Notes under the pieces: model-generated | What the model was told of the DNA's origin: nothing | What the model saw: only the letters and a program-made list of their open reading frames with translations | The model's database searches: none | In this document: positions 17,714 to 29,515 of the stretch, piece after piece | How the letters are laid out: the number at the start of each line of letters is the position of its first letter | Position numbering within the stretch: position 1 is the first letter of the stretch | Position numbers and translations under genes: made by a program | Assembly (NCBI GenBank): GCA_038153405.1 | Contig: JAYOYH010000038.1 | Location: 1-42,440 of the forward strand | DNA from: Gemmatimonadota bacterium | GTDB lineage: Bacteria; Latescibacterota; UBA2968; UBA8231 | Length of the DNA stretch: 42,440 nucleotides | Reading direction: 5' to 3'

Positions 17714-17742
17714 AAGCTAAACGAGCAGTTGCCCCTTGTCAA
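17714..17742 (-). promoter_or_regulatory. sigma70 promoter TTGACA-N17-TAGCTT of the trp operon
   Basis: perfect -35, 17-nt spacer, TAnnnT -10, 11 nt before the leader ATG. Confidence 0.7.
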
Positions 17743-17824
17743 GCAGCACGTGCTACCCGTCTATCTTCCTGCTGCCAAACGCCTTACCAGCAGGAAGTAT
17801 AGCGCAACCCAAGCGGTGCGCTGT

Positions 17825-21076
<3,252 letters not shown>

Positions 21077-21102
21077 TTTAAGAGCACCGCGCACGCGCGC
21101 AG

Positions 21103-21140
21103 AAGGGGTGGCCATCCGCACGGATGGCCACCCCTTTTTT
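21103..21140 (+). terminator. Rho-independent terminator after katG
   Basis: AGGGGTGGCCATCCG-ca-CGGATGGCCACCCCT followed by a T run. Confidence 0.9.
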
Positions 21141-21159
21141 ATTTTACCGCTGCACTGCT

Positions 21160-21189
21160 TTGACCGACCCGTCGGTTGCCGCTTATAAT
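21160..21189 (+). promoter_or_regulatory. sigma70 promoter TTGACC-N18-TATAAT
   Basis: near-consensus hexamers upstream of the GT4 gene. Confidence 0.6.
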
Positions 21190-21249
21190 TTGTCGAACGA
21201 CCGCTGACCGAACCCATGCGCGCCACACTGAGGATATACGAGAAAACCA

Positions 21250-22356
21250 TTGTCCGCCCATCGCCGCACACGCATACTCTTTCTGGCACGCCGCTACCCG
21301 CCTAGCATTGGCGGCATCGAAACGCACTGTTACGAGCTGTATAGACGCCTCGTTGAGCGCGCCGACGTGCGGCTGGTCGCCCTCGGACACCGCTCCCTGT
21401 TGCATCTGGCCTGGTTTCTCCCCTACTGCCTGTGGATCACCTTCTGGACGGTGCTCCTGCGCCGCGCCGACGTGATCTACTTCGCCGACGGCGTGGCCGG
21501 CTTTATCGCGCCCTTTGTGCGCCCGTTCGGACCGGCCCGCTTTGTCATCACCATTTACGGCTTGGAAATGACCTACAAAAATTTCATCGCGCGCGCCCTT
21601 ATGCAGGCCGGCGCACGCGCCTGCGAAAAAGTGGTGGTCATCAGCCAAAACACCTACCGCATCACCGCCGACGTCGGCATCGACGAGGCCAAGCTCGAGA
21701 CCATCTATCTGGGTGTCGAACCGCCGACGCTGGCCGATGCCCAACTGCACGCGCTGCGCCAGCGCTTTGAAGAGCAGCACGCCGTGCGCTTTGGGCAGGA
21801 TCGCCTGCTCTTTATGTTTGGACGCCAGGTGCGCCGCAAGGGCATGGCCGATTTTATCGAGCAGGGCATGCCCCTGCTGGCTGGCGATATCAAGCTCATT
21901 GTCGGCGGCCGGGGTCCAGAGGCCGAGCGCATTGCCGCTGCCCGCAGCCAGCTCGGCTTTGAAGAGCGCATCGCCTTGCTCGGACGCGTCCCCGACGACG
22001 AGTTGACCATGCTGCGCTACAGTTGCGACCTGTTTATCATGCCCAATATTCGCGTGCCCAACGATGTCGAGGGCTTTGGACAGACCCAGCTCGAATGCAT
22101 GCACGCCGGCATGCCGGTCGTCGCCTTTGCCGTCGATGCGCTCACCGAGAGCGTGCGCGAAGGGGGCTATCTCATCGAACCGGATGACTACGCGGCGTTC
22201 GCCGCACAGATTGAAGCCTACTTCGCCCTTGATGAAGAGGCGCGCGAGGCCGTGCGCCAATCCTGTTGCGCCTACGTGCGCGCTAACTACACCTGGGACG
22301 CCGCTGCAGACCAGTACATGCACGTATTTGAAGGGAGATCGCCCCATGCGCGTTGA
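21250..22356 (+). CDS. glycosyltransferase family 4
   Basis: YPPSIGGIE, GRQVRRKG, EGFGQTQLECM..G.PVV. Confidence 0.88.
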   Translation: MSAHRRTRILFLARRYPPSIGGIETHCYELYRRLVERADVRLVALGHRSLLHLAWFLPYCLWITFWTVLLRRADVIYFADGVAGFIAPFVRPFGPARFVITIYGLEMTYKNFIARALMQAGARACEKVVVISQNTYRITADVGIDEAKLETIYLGVEPPTLADAQLHALRQRFEEQHAVRFGQDRLLFMFGRQVRRKGMADFIEQGMPLLAGDIKLIVGGRGPEAERIAAARSQLGFEERIALLGRVPDDELTMLRYSCDLFIMPNIRVPNDVEGFGQTQLECMHAGMPVVAFAVDALTESVREGGYLIEPDDYAAFAAQIEAYFALDEEAREAVRQSCCAYVRANYTWDAAADQYMHVFEGRSPHAR

Positions 22357-23395
22357 AGACCTCGATACACCGGCTCTATGCGTCGATCTGGACGTGTTGG
22401 AGAAAAATATATCCGAGCTGCAAAGCGCCTGTGACGCGCTAGCCATTCCCCTGCGCGTGCACACCAAAACACACAAGACACCGGCCATCGCCCACATGCA
22501 AATTCGCGCCGGCGCCATCGGCATTGTCAGCCAAAAAATCGGCGAGGCACAAGCCATGGCCGCAGCGGGCATACCGGATATTCTCATTCCCTACAACATC
22601 GTCGGCAAGACCAAGCTGCAGCGCCTGAGCCAACTGGTGCGCGAAAGCGACAGCGCGATTACCGTAGCGGCCGACTCCCCGACTACCGTTGACGGCCTGT
22701 CAGCCCAAGCTAGCGCCGATGGCTGCACCTTCCGCGTCTTGGTGGAAATGGACACTGGCGGCCACCGTTGCGGCACCCAATCACCGCAGGACACGCTGGC
22801 CCTAGCGCAGCGGATAGACGGTCTACCCGGCCTCGAGTTTATGGGCGTGATGACCTACCCGAGCAGCGAGCGCGTGCGGCCCATTCTCGAAGAGGTGCGC
22901 GCCATGATGGACGACACCGGCCTACCCTTGCACATTATCAGCGGCGGCGGCACTGGCTCACAGGAGATATCCAAGTCGCTGGGCTGCACCGAAACGCGCA
23001 TCGGCTCGTACGCCTACGAAGGCATGACGCGCGTCGGCAAGCGCGAAGACCTCGACCCAAGTCGCTGTCCGCTGCGCCTGCGCGTCACCGTCGTCAGCAC
23101 AGCGCGGCCGCAACAGCTCATCGTCGATGCAGGACAAAAGGCCTTTACCAGCTATCCGCCCACGCCCTATGGCTACTGCTTGGAACACCCGGAGATCTTT
23201 ATTAAAGGCATGTCGGTCGAGCATGGACACGTGGACACCAGCGCATCATCCCATACATTTAGCGTTGGCGAGCAGCTCTCCTTTATTCCCCTGCACGGCG
23301 GCATGACGACCAACCTGCACGATCGCCTATACGCCGTGCGCGGCGAGGACGTCATCGACGTGTGGAACGTAGCCGGACGCGGAAAGAGTCAGTAA
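22346..23395 (+). CDS. fold-type III PLP enzyme, D-serine dehydratase/D-threonine aldolase (DSD1-like) family
   Basis: LDTPAL.VDLD, RVHTKTHK (PLP Lys), EMDTGGHRCG, SGGGT, DAGQK, SVEHG, NLHD. Confidence 0.85.
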   Translation: MRVEDLDTPALCVDLDVLEKNISELQSACDALAIPLRVHTKTHKTPAIAHMQIRAGAIGIVSQKIGEAQAMAAAGIPDILIPYNIVGKTKLQRLSQLVRESDSAITVAADSPTTVDGLSAQASADGCTFRVLVEMDTGGHRCGTQSPQDTLALAQRIDGLPGLEFMGVMTYPSSERVRPILEEVRAMMDDTGLPLHIISGGGTGSQEISKSLGCTETRIGSYAYEGMTRVGKREDLDPSRCPLRLRVTVVSTARPQQLIVDAGQKAFTSYPPTPYGYCLEHPEIFIKGMSVEHGHVDTSASSHTFSVGEQLSFIPLHGGMTTNLHDRLYAVRGEDVIDVWNVAGRGKSQ

Positions 23396-23419
23396 CACTT
23401 TACTTCAGCGAGGACCGTA

Positions 23420-24298
23420 ATGGAAATTCAACCGCAAGCGCAAATCTTTGACGCCGACGAGAGCAATTTTGAGGAACTGATCATTCGCGGCTCCGAAGAG
23501 CGCGTGATCGTCATCGACTTCTGGGCGCCTTGGTGCGGCCCCTGCAAGACGCTGGGCCCCGTTATAGAAGAAGTGATCACTTCGCTCGGACCGGGTATCG
23601 CCTTGGCCAAGGTAAACGTCGACGAGAACCAACAGCTGGCCATGGCCTTCCGCGTGCAGGGCATACCGGCTGTCAAAGTGGTGTATCAGGGCAAGCTAGT
23701 ACACGAGTTCACCGGCGCCCTGCCCAGAGAGCAGATCGAAGCCATGCTGCGCCCGCTGGTGCCCAACGCCCCCGAACCGGACATCGAGCCGGCCGAGCAG
23801 GCCGCCCAGCGCGCGGCCATGGGCGACTTGGATGGCGCGGCCGTGATATTCAAAAGCATCTTGGAAGAAAAGCCCAACGACGGCGATGCCTTGCTCGGCC
23901 TAGCGCGCATCAGCTTGCAGCAGGGCCATATGGACGGCGTGCACGAATTCGTCAACCTGATCGAACAGGGCACGCCGCAGTACCAGCAGGCCCAGGCGCT
24001 GTTAGCGCAGATCGAATTCGCCCAACAATGCCAAGCAGCCGGCGGCAAGGCCGCCTGCGCACAGCGCGTGTTAGCCGCTTCCGACGACCTCGAAGCGCGC
24101 TACCAAATGGCCTGCTGCCAGGCCGCGGAGGGCCAGTTCGAAGAAGCACTAGCCGCCTGGCTGAGCATCGTCGAGCGCAAACCCGACTTCCAGGAAGGCG
24201 CTGCCAAAGACGCCATGGTCGCCGTATTCCACCTGCTCGGACGCGAAAACGAACTGGTGTCCAACTACCAGCGGAAACTCTACCAAACGCTCTACTAG
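23420..24298 (+). CDS. cnoX: thioredoxin-TPR chaperedoxin (CnoX/YbbN family)
   Basis: DFWAPWCGPCK, VQGIPAV, TPR-like helices, C-terminal YQRKLYQTLY. Confidence 0.85.
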   Translation: MEIQPQAQIFDADESNFEELIIRGSEERVIVIDFWAPWCGPCKTLGPVIEEVITSLGPGIALAKVNVDENQQLAMAFRVQGIPAVKVVYQGKLVHEFTGALPREQIEAMLRPLVPNAPEPDIEPAEQAAQRAAMGDLDGAAVIFKSILEEKPNDGDALLGLARISLQQGHMDGVHEFVNLIEQGTPQYQQAQALLAQIEFAQQCQAAGGKAACAQRVLAASDDLEARYQMACCQAAEGQFEEALAAWLSIVERKPDFQEGAAKDAMVAVFHLLGRENELVSNYQRKLYQTLY

Positions 24299-24302
24299 TA
24301 TC

Positions 24303-24340
24303 CGTGCCGCGCGGCATTATACCAGCCGCGCGGCACGTTT
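24303..24340 (+). terminator. 13-bp GC stem-loop after cnoX
   Basis: CGTGCCGCGCGGC-attatacca-GCCGCGCGGCACG then only TTT. Confidence 0.5.
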
Positions 24341-24477
24341 CCTCGCACGGGTCGGCTCTCAGCGACCTGATCGTCCTCCATCTTGTCACTCTATTCCAAT
24401 CGAACTATCATTCTCTCCGCCCGCTGCGATCCGTCGCATAGGGCTCCAATGGCTGTGCACCCACTACGCGAAAGACC

Positions 24478-24822
24478 ATGCTGCCCATCCGCCACCCACA
24501 GGGCCTATTTCTACCGCGCTCCTACGTTTGCTACCGCGTAGCCGATCCCGTAACCGTCGACGGCAATCTCGAAAAGAAGCCGTGGTGGGATGGCCCGTGG
24601 ACGGAGCCCTTTGAAGGCCGCCACCCGACCATTACGCCTCCACCCGAACGAGTCACGCGCGCGGCACTATTTTACCAGCGACACGTCCGGCTTATACGAG
24701 CACCAACGGGCGTCACTGACGCGCGAGCTGTACAGCCTTCGGGGCGGCGGCTATAAAGAGCGCCTATCGCTATGCCGACCCACCAGTTCTGCATCGGTTT
24801 TCGCTGCGTAAAACCGGCCTAG
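24478..24822 (+). pseudogene. remnant of a CBM9-like + FGE-sulfatase (SUMF1-like) domain gene
   Basis: PRSYVCYR..DPVTVDGNL....W...PWTEPF...TRA start; LRGGGY, SAYR and IGFRCVK end motifs in different frames. Confidence 0.55.
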
Positions 24823-24850
24823 CGCAGGCGCATTCAAAGGAGAAACTATC

Positions 24851-25912
24851 GTGAAAATAACCCACCTGCGCCGCGTCGGCGTGCGCGTGCCCTTTCTGCC
24901 CGGCATCCTGCCACCGCCCGACTACGAAGAACCCATGCCCGGCTATCCCCTGCCGCTGGGCGAGCGCCTGCAGGACGTGCTCTATGTGCATACCGACACG
25001 GGGCTAACGGGCTTGGGCATGAGCGGGCCCTATTTCGACCGACGCGACGAGACGCCTCCCGAGTTAATCGGCAGGGACGTGCGCCAATTCGAACCGCGCC
25101 AGCTGGGCGGCGGCGGCTGGCACATAGCCCTGCTCGACCTGATCGGCAAACACATCGGCTGGCCCCTGTGCCGCATCTTCGGCGGCAAGCTGCAGGACCG
25201 CGTGCTGGTCGACTATTGGATTTCTCGCATGGGCCCGGAGGATTCAGCAGCGGCCGCCAAGCGCGCGGCCGAGTTGGGCTTTCACGGCATCAAGCTCAAG
25301 TGCAAATGGGAAGACGACAACGTCGCCGAGCGCGTGTGCGCCATGCACGAGGCCGCACCCGGTCTGCGCATCGTCGTCGATCCCAACGAGCGCTTTCACA
25401 CGTTGGAAAACAGCCTGCAGCTAGCGCGACGCCTAGCGGCGGTCGACGGCCTCGACGTGCTCTTTGAAGACCCCTTTCCCAAACGCGATCTGCGCGAGTA
25501 TAAAACACTCAAAGAGGCGACCTCCATCCCCATCGCCCCACATTTTCAAAACCCGCGCCAGATCATTGAAGCCGTGCAGATGGAGGCCATCGACGCCTTT
25601 AACGTGGCGCCTTCCGACTGGGGTTTTCTCGATATGGCGCGCATTGCCGGCGCGGCCGACATACCCGTCTGGCAGGCCTCCAATGTCGATTTGGGCCTCT
25701 TCGACGCCTTTCGCCTGCACGCCTCGGCCGCTGCGCCCAACTGCACGCTGGGTAGCGATCTGTGCGGCAATTTCGTGCATGAACACAGCCTGCTCAACGA
25801 GCCGTTAGTCAGAGATGGCTACGCCATCGTGCCCGACGGACCCGGTCTCGGCGTCGAGCTCGACGAGGAGGCGGTGGCGCACTACGCCGTTTTTTCGGAG
25901 GAGTGGAACTAG
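24851..25912 (+). CDS. mandelate racemase/muconate lactonizing enzyme (enolase superfamily)
   Basis: IALLDLIGK..G.PL..IFGG, KLK, VDPNE, EDP, VPDGPGLGVELD. Confidence 0.88.
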   Translation: MKITHLRRVGVRVPFLPGILPPPDYEEPMPGYPLPLGERLQDVLYVHTDTGLTGLGMSGPYFDRRDETPPELIGRDVRQFEPRQLGGGGWHIALLDLIGKHIGWPLCRIFGGKLQDRVLVDYWISRMGPEDSAAAAKRAAELGFHGIKLKCKWEDDNVAERVCAMHEAAPGLRIVVDPNERFHTLENSLQLARRLAAVDGLDVLFEDPFPKRDLREYKTLKEATSIPIAPHFQNPRQIIEAVQMEAIDAFNVAPSDWGFLDMARIAGAADIPVWQASNVDLGLFDAFRLHASAAAPNCTLGSDLCGNFVHEHSLLNEPLVRDGYAIVPDGPGLGVELDEEAVAHYAVFSEEWN

Positions 25913-26799
25913 TCTCGAGTCGCTACGAAGATCTTGGAGTCAGCTGCTCCGTAGTAGAGCAGCCAGCGGCCTGCGTGCCGCACGAGCCCTTCGACAAAGA
26001 CGACTTGATTGACCTGCCCTTCCCGTTCACCGGTATCTTCTGGCTCTAAGAAGGGCTCGTTGAGGCGCTTGACGACCCTGCGCGGATCGTCCGGATGGAA
26101 GACGACGGCGCCGACGGCATAGCGCGTATCGGGCCAACGCGCCGCGTTGTAGATCAGCAGAATGCCCTCTTCCGTCCACAGCGGCGGCGGTCCCGGCTCG
26201 ACCAGACGCGAATCAAACAGCCCCTCGCGCGGCGACAGCACCGGCTCGGGATCCATTTCCCAGTGCAGCAGATCCGTCGAGCGCGCCAGCCACAGATGCG
26301 TATCGCCAAAATACATCAGGTACTCGCCGTTGACGGGCCGGTCGAGTATCGCCCCCGACTTACTCCACTCCAAGTGCGGAAAGAGCACGCCGTGCTTTTC
26401 CCACTGCACCAGATCGGCCGACGAAGCCAGACACAGGCGCGCGTGCTTTCCGTCGTATCCCGTGTAGGTCAGCCAGTAGCGCCCCTCGGCTTCGACCACG
26501 CGCGGATCTTCGCAGCCGCCGGGCAGCTCGTAATCCTCGCTCGGCTCGACGATCGGCTTGGCAGCGCGCACAAAGTGCAGCCCGTCGTCGCTGGTGGCCA
26601 ATCCGATCCGGCTGGTGCCGTTCCACTGGCCCGCACCGGAAAAATCCTCGGCGCGATAGAGCAAATGCACCCGACCGTCGCGCACGACAGCCGCCGGGTT
26701 AAACACGTCTTTGGCCTCCCAACTATCGCCCTGCGGGGCCATAATGGGATTGCCTTCCCAGCGCACAAAGTGCAGCGCGTCGATGCGCAGCGTCGTCAT
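25909..26799 (-). CDS. glycoside hydrolase family 130 (beta-mannoside-active)
   Basis: NPI, VFNPAA, LLYRAED, SRIGLA.S.DG, GCEDPRV, TYTGY, VVFVEG, YYGAAD. Confidence 0.88.
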   Translation of the reverse strand: MTTLRIDALHFVRWEGNPIMAPQGDSWEAKDVFNPAAVVRDGRVHLLYRAEDFSGAGQWNGTSRIGLATSDDGLHFVRAAKPIVEPSEDYELPGGCEDPRVVEAEGRYWLTYTGYDGKHARLCLASSADLVQWEKHGVLFPHLEWSKSGAILDRPVNGEYLMYFGDTHLWLARSTDLLHWEMDPEPVLSPREGLFDSRLVEPGPPPLWTEEGILLIYNAARWPDTRYAVGAVVFHPDDPRRVVKRLNEPFLEPEDTGEREGQVNQVVFVEGLVRHAGRWLLYYGAADSKIFVATRD

Positions 26800-26809
26800 A
26801 TCTGCCTTC

Positions 26810-27586
26810 CTACGCCACCAGCGCGTCGGTGCCAAAGATCATTGGAAAGCGCTCACCCGTGTTTCGCGACCGCGTCTCACCATCCATATAGGCGATGCTA
26901 AAGGCGCGCCGCGACTGTCCGCTGGGATTGGTGCCGGAGCGGTGCAGCAGCAGGTTGTGCAGTAAAATCACCTCGCCAGGTGCCGCCTCCAAATCGACCA
27001 CTTGTTCCTCTGGCGCGTAGCGGGCCAGCTCCTCGGCCGAGGGGAAGTGGCGCTCGGCAATCACGCCGTGTTTGTGGCTGCCTGGCACCACCTGCATACA
27101 GCCATTTTCCCGCGTCGATGGATCGAGCGCAGTCCACACGGTGATCGTCGGCATCGTATCCACGCCCCAGCCCCAACCAACATCCTGGTGCCAGGGCAGC
27201 TCCGTACCGCGCTCGGCCGGTTTGTTCATAAACATAGCGCGAAAAATCGACACGCTCTCGCCTATATAGTGGTCGGTGATTTGGCGAAAAAGCGGATGCT
27301 GCATATAGCGCAGAAAGAGCGGATCTTGCTCCAGGTCCATAATCTTGCGGTAGGCCAAGGTGGATCCTTTATGGCCAATGGTCTCCGGCGGCGCGTGCCC
27401 GTACACGCCGTCTTCGCTGTCCAGTTGGAAGCGCATATTATCGTATGGTATTTCGCCCAGCATAATGGCGTCGATGCGCGCCTGCAGAACGCCCAACTCG
27501 TCATGGTCTAGTACCTGACCTAAATAGGCGTAACCGCGCTCTTCAAACTGCGCTCGCTGCGCTTCAGTAAATAACTGCTCTGCCAT
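26810..27586 (-). CDS. PhyH-family Fe(II)/2-oxoglutarate dioxygenase
   Basis: FEERGY, PWHQD, VWTALD, ENGCMQVVPGSH, LLHRSGTN, RRAF. Confidence 0.9.
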   Translation of the reverse strand: MAEQLFTEAQRAQFEERGYAYLGQVLDHDELGVLQARIDAIMLGEIPYDNMRFQLDSEDGVYGHAPPETIGHKGSTLAYRKIMDLEQDPLFLRYMQHPLFRQITDHYIGESVSIFRAMFMNKPAERGTELPWHQDVGWGWGVDTMPTITVWTALDPSTRENGCMQVVPGSHKHGVIAERHFPSAEELARYAPEEQVVDLEAAPGEVILLHNLLLHRSGTNPSGQSRRAFSIAYMDGETRSRNTGERFPMIFGTDALVA

Positions 27587-27739
27587 GAAAATATCCTCCG
27601 TTGTGCCCAAAGACCCGTTCACCGTGCTATTGATTAACCAATGCACTCTCTGCTGTCAATTGCCCACCTTGTCCACACCCGTTCACTTTCTTAGCTTGCC
27701 GTCACCGGTGCTACACCGCACGCCAAGAGAGCAACAGCC

Positions 27740-29104
27740 ATGCCCCTAAACAGCCACCCCAACGTCCTCGTGCTCATGTGCGACCAGATGCAGCACAATC
27801 GCATGCACTTCCTAGACCCGGTTGCCCACACGCCCTTTCTCAACGCGCTGGCCGCCGAAAGCGCCCACTTCAAAAACGCCTACACCTGTCACGGCCAGTG
27901 CGTGCCGGCGCGCGCCGCCTTTCAGACCGGTCTCTACCCGCACGAGTGCGGCATTATGGCTATTTACGGCTTTCACGGACACGGGGCACGCCTAACGGCC
28001 AAGTACAAAACGTTGGGCCACTGCTTTGGAGAAGCTGGCTACGAGACGGCATACTTTGGCAAAACCCATTTCGGCGTGCCGCTGGACGAGCTAGGCTACG
28101 ATATCGGCGTTGAGCACCGCCCCATCGACGATGACGAAGCCGAATCACTGGGCACGCGCCACGTGCCCAAACCGCTGCGCCCCGACTACATGGCCTGTGA
28201 TCAAACCGTCGAGTTCCTGCGCAACTATCAGCCGGGCAAACGCCCGCTCTTTCTCACCTTCTCGACGAATTTGCCCCACCCGCCCTTTTTCACCGAGCCG
28301 CGCTGGGCCGAGCACTTTTGCCCACCTGCACTCGACTTGCCGAACAGCTACTACGCCGAGACCTTTGCCGACAAACCCCCTTTTCAACAAGAACACGCCC
28401 TCGACGACGACCACGGCGCGCGCGACGAATTGGCCCAGCGCCATGAGTTGGCCCAGTACTACACGATGATCGCCGAAATGGACAGCCACTTTGCCCGCAT
28501 TCGCGCCGAATACGAGCGGCTCGGCCTGTGGGACGACACCGTCGTGCTCTTTTTAGCCGACCACGGCGACATGATGGGTGCGCATAAGATGCGGCTCAAG
28601 GGCACGCTGCCCTACGACGAACTATACCGCATTCCCTGTCTGCTCAAGCTGCCGCGGGGAACGAACGTCGCACGCACGGCGATTGACGATCTGGTCTCTT
28701 CCGTTCAAGCGCCGGCCACGCTGCTCAAAGCAGCTGGTCTCAACGTGCCCGCTCAGTTTCACAACGGTCACTTTTACGACGCGCTCTTCCGCTCGAATGC
28801 GCTCGACGACGAGCACATCTTCTTTGAGCACTACGCCGCCTACTGGGGCATCCATCCGTTCTACGCCATGCGCGACCGTCGCTTTAAGTATATCCGATAC
28901 TACGGCGATGACGCCTGCGAAGAGATGTACGACCTGCAAGCCGATCCAGGCGAACTGCGCAACGTAGTTAACGACCCACGCCACGCCGAACAGCGGCGCA
29001 CACTGGCGCAGCGCGCCGACACATGGTGGCATCAAACGGACGGGCGCGATTTGGCCTATTACGAGTCGCCCGAGTTCAAATCCAACCAACACAATCGCGT
29101 ATAG
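27740..29104 (+). CDS. Cys-type sulfatase
   Basis: PNVLVLMCDQ, CVPAR (CxPxR), GKTH, PHPP, ADHGDM, YDLQADPGE. Confidence 0.9.
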   Translation: MPLNSHPNVLVLMCDQMQHNRMHFLDPVAHTPFLNALAAESAHFKNAYTCHGQCVPARAAFQTGLYPHECGIMAIYGFHGHGARLTAKYKTLGHCFGEAGYETAYFGKTHFGVPLDELGYDIGVEHRPIDDDEAESLGTRHVPKPLRPDYMACDQTVEFLRNYQPGKRPLFLTFSTNLPHPPFFTEPRWAEHFCPPALDLPNSYYAETFADKPPFQQEHALDDDHGARDELAQRHELAQYYTMIAEMDSHFARIRAEYERLGLWDDTVVLFLADHGDMMGAHKMRLKGTLPYDELYRIPCLLKLPRGTNVARTAIDDLVSSVQAPATLLKAAGLNVPAQFHNGHFYDALFRSNALDDEHIFFEHYAAYWGIHPFYAMRDRRFKYIRYYGDDACEEMYDLQADPGELRNVVNDPRHAEQRRTLAQRADTWWHQTDGRDLAYYESPEFKSNQHNRV

Positions 29105-29126
29105 CGCGACATAAAAGGGGAACTCC

Positions 29127-29453
29127 ATGCTCTACGAACTACGCACCTACATCATTCCCAGCGGCCGCATGAGCGATATTCTCAGTCGCTTTGAGAACGT
29201 CACTATGCGCCTTTTCAAAAAGTATTCCATGGAAGTGGTCGGCTTCTGGACGGTCAGCAAGCCCGAGGATAAATACGCGCTGGTCTACCTGATGCGCTAT
29301 GCCGACGAGACGTCTATGGAAAAGGCCTGGGCCGATTTTCGCGCCGACGAGGAGTGGATAGAGACGCGCAAGCGCACCGAAGCGAATGGACCGATTGTCG
29401 AAGAAGTCATCTCCGAGCACCTGATACCGACTTCTTTTTCGCCTTTGCAATAG
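29127..29453 (+). CDS. NIPSNAP family protein
   Basis: YELRTY, VGFW, WADFRADEEW, LIPTSFSPL. Confidence 0.88.
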   Translation: MLYELRTYIIPSGRMSDILSRFENVTMRLFKKYSMEVVGFWTVSKPEDKYALVYLMRYADETSMEKAWADFRADEEWIETRKRTEANGPIVEEVISEHLIPTSFSPLQ

Positions 29454-29480
29454 GCGCGTACGGGGCCAACGCATAGCCTC

Positions 29481-29509
29481 TTGTCGAGGATCAGCTCTTG
29501 TCCTATACT
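29481..29509 (+). promoter_or_regulatory. promoter TTGTCG-N17-TATACT, possibly driving a leaderless mRNA
   Basis: in-frame GTG begins 7 nt after the -10 box; no Shine-Dalgarno. Confidence 0.5.
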
Positions 29510-29515
29510 ACGCGC

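Noticed and set aside
22064..22345. Long N-terminal extensions in the ORF track (PLP enzyme; also aroB, katG, GH125, aminotransferase, sulfatases)
   Set aside because: They overlap neighbouring genes or operators; downstream starts fit Shine-Dalgarno sites, coupling and family N-termini better
21139..22587. 482-aa minus-strand ORF
   Set aside because: Antisense shadow of the GT4 and PLP-enzyme genes; no motifs; expected in GC-rich DNA
24303..24337. Palindrome as a REP/MITE or CRISPR repeat
   Set aside because: Single copy in the window, no spacers or target duplication; best read as a terminator-like hairpin
23530..24441. 303-aa alternative-frame ORF
   Set aside because: Arg/Pro/Gly-rich off-frame translation overlapping cnoX
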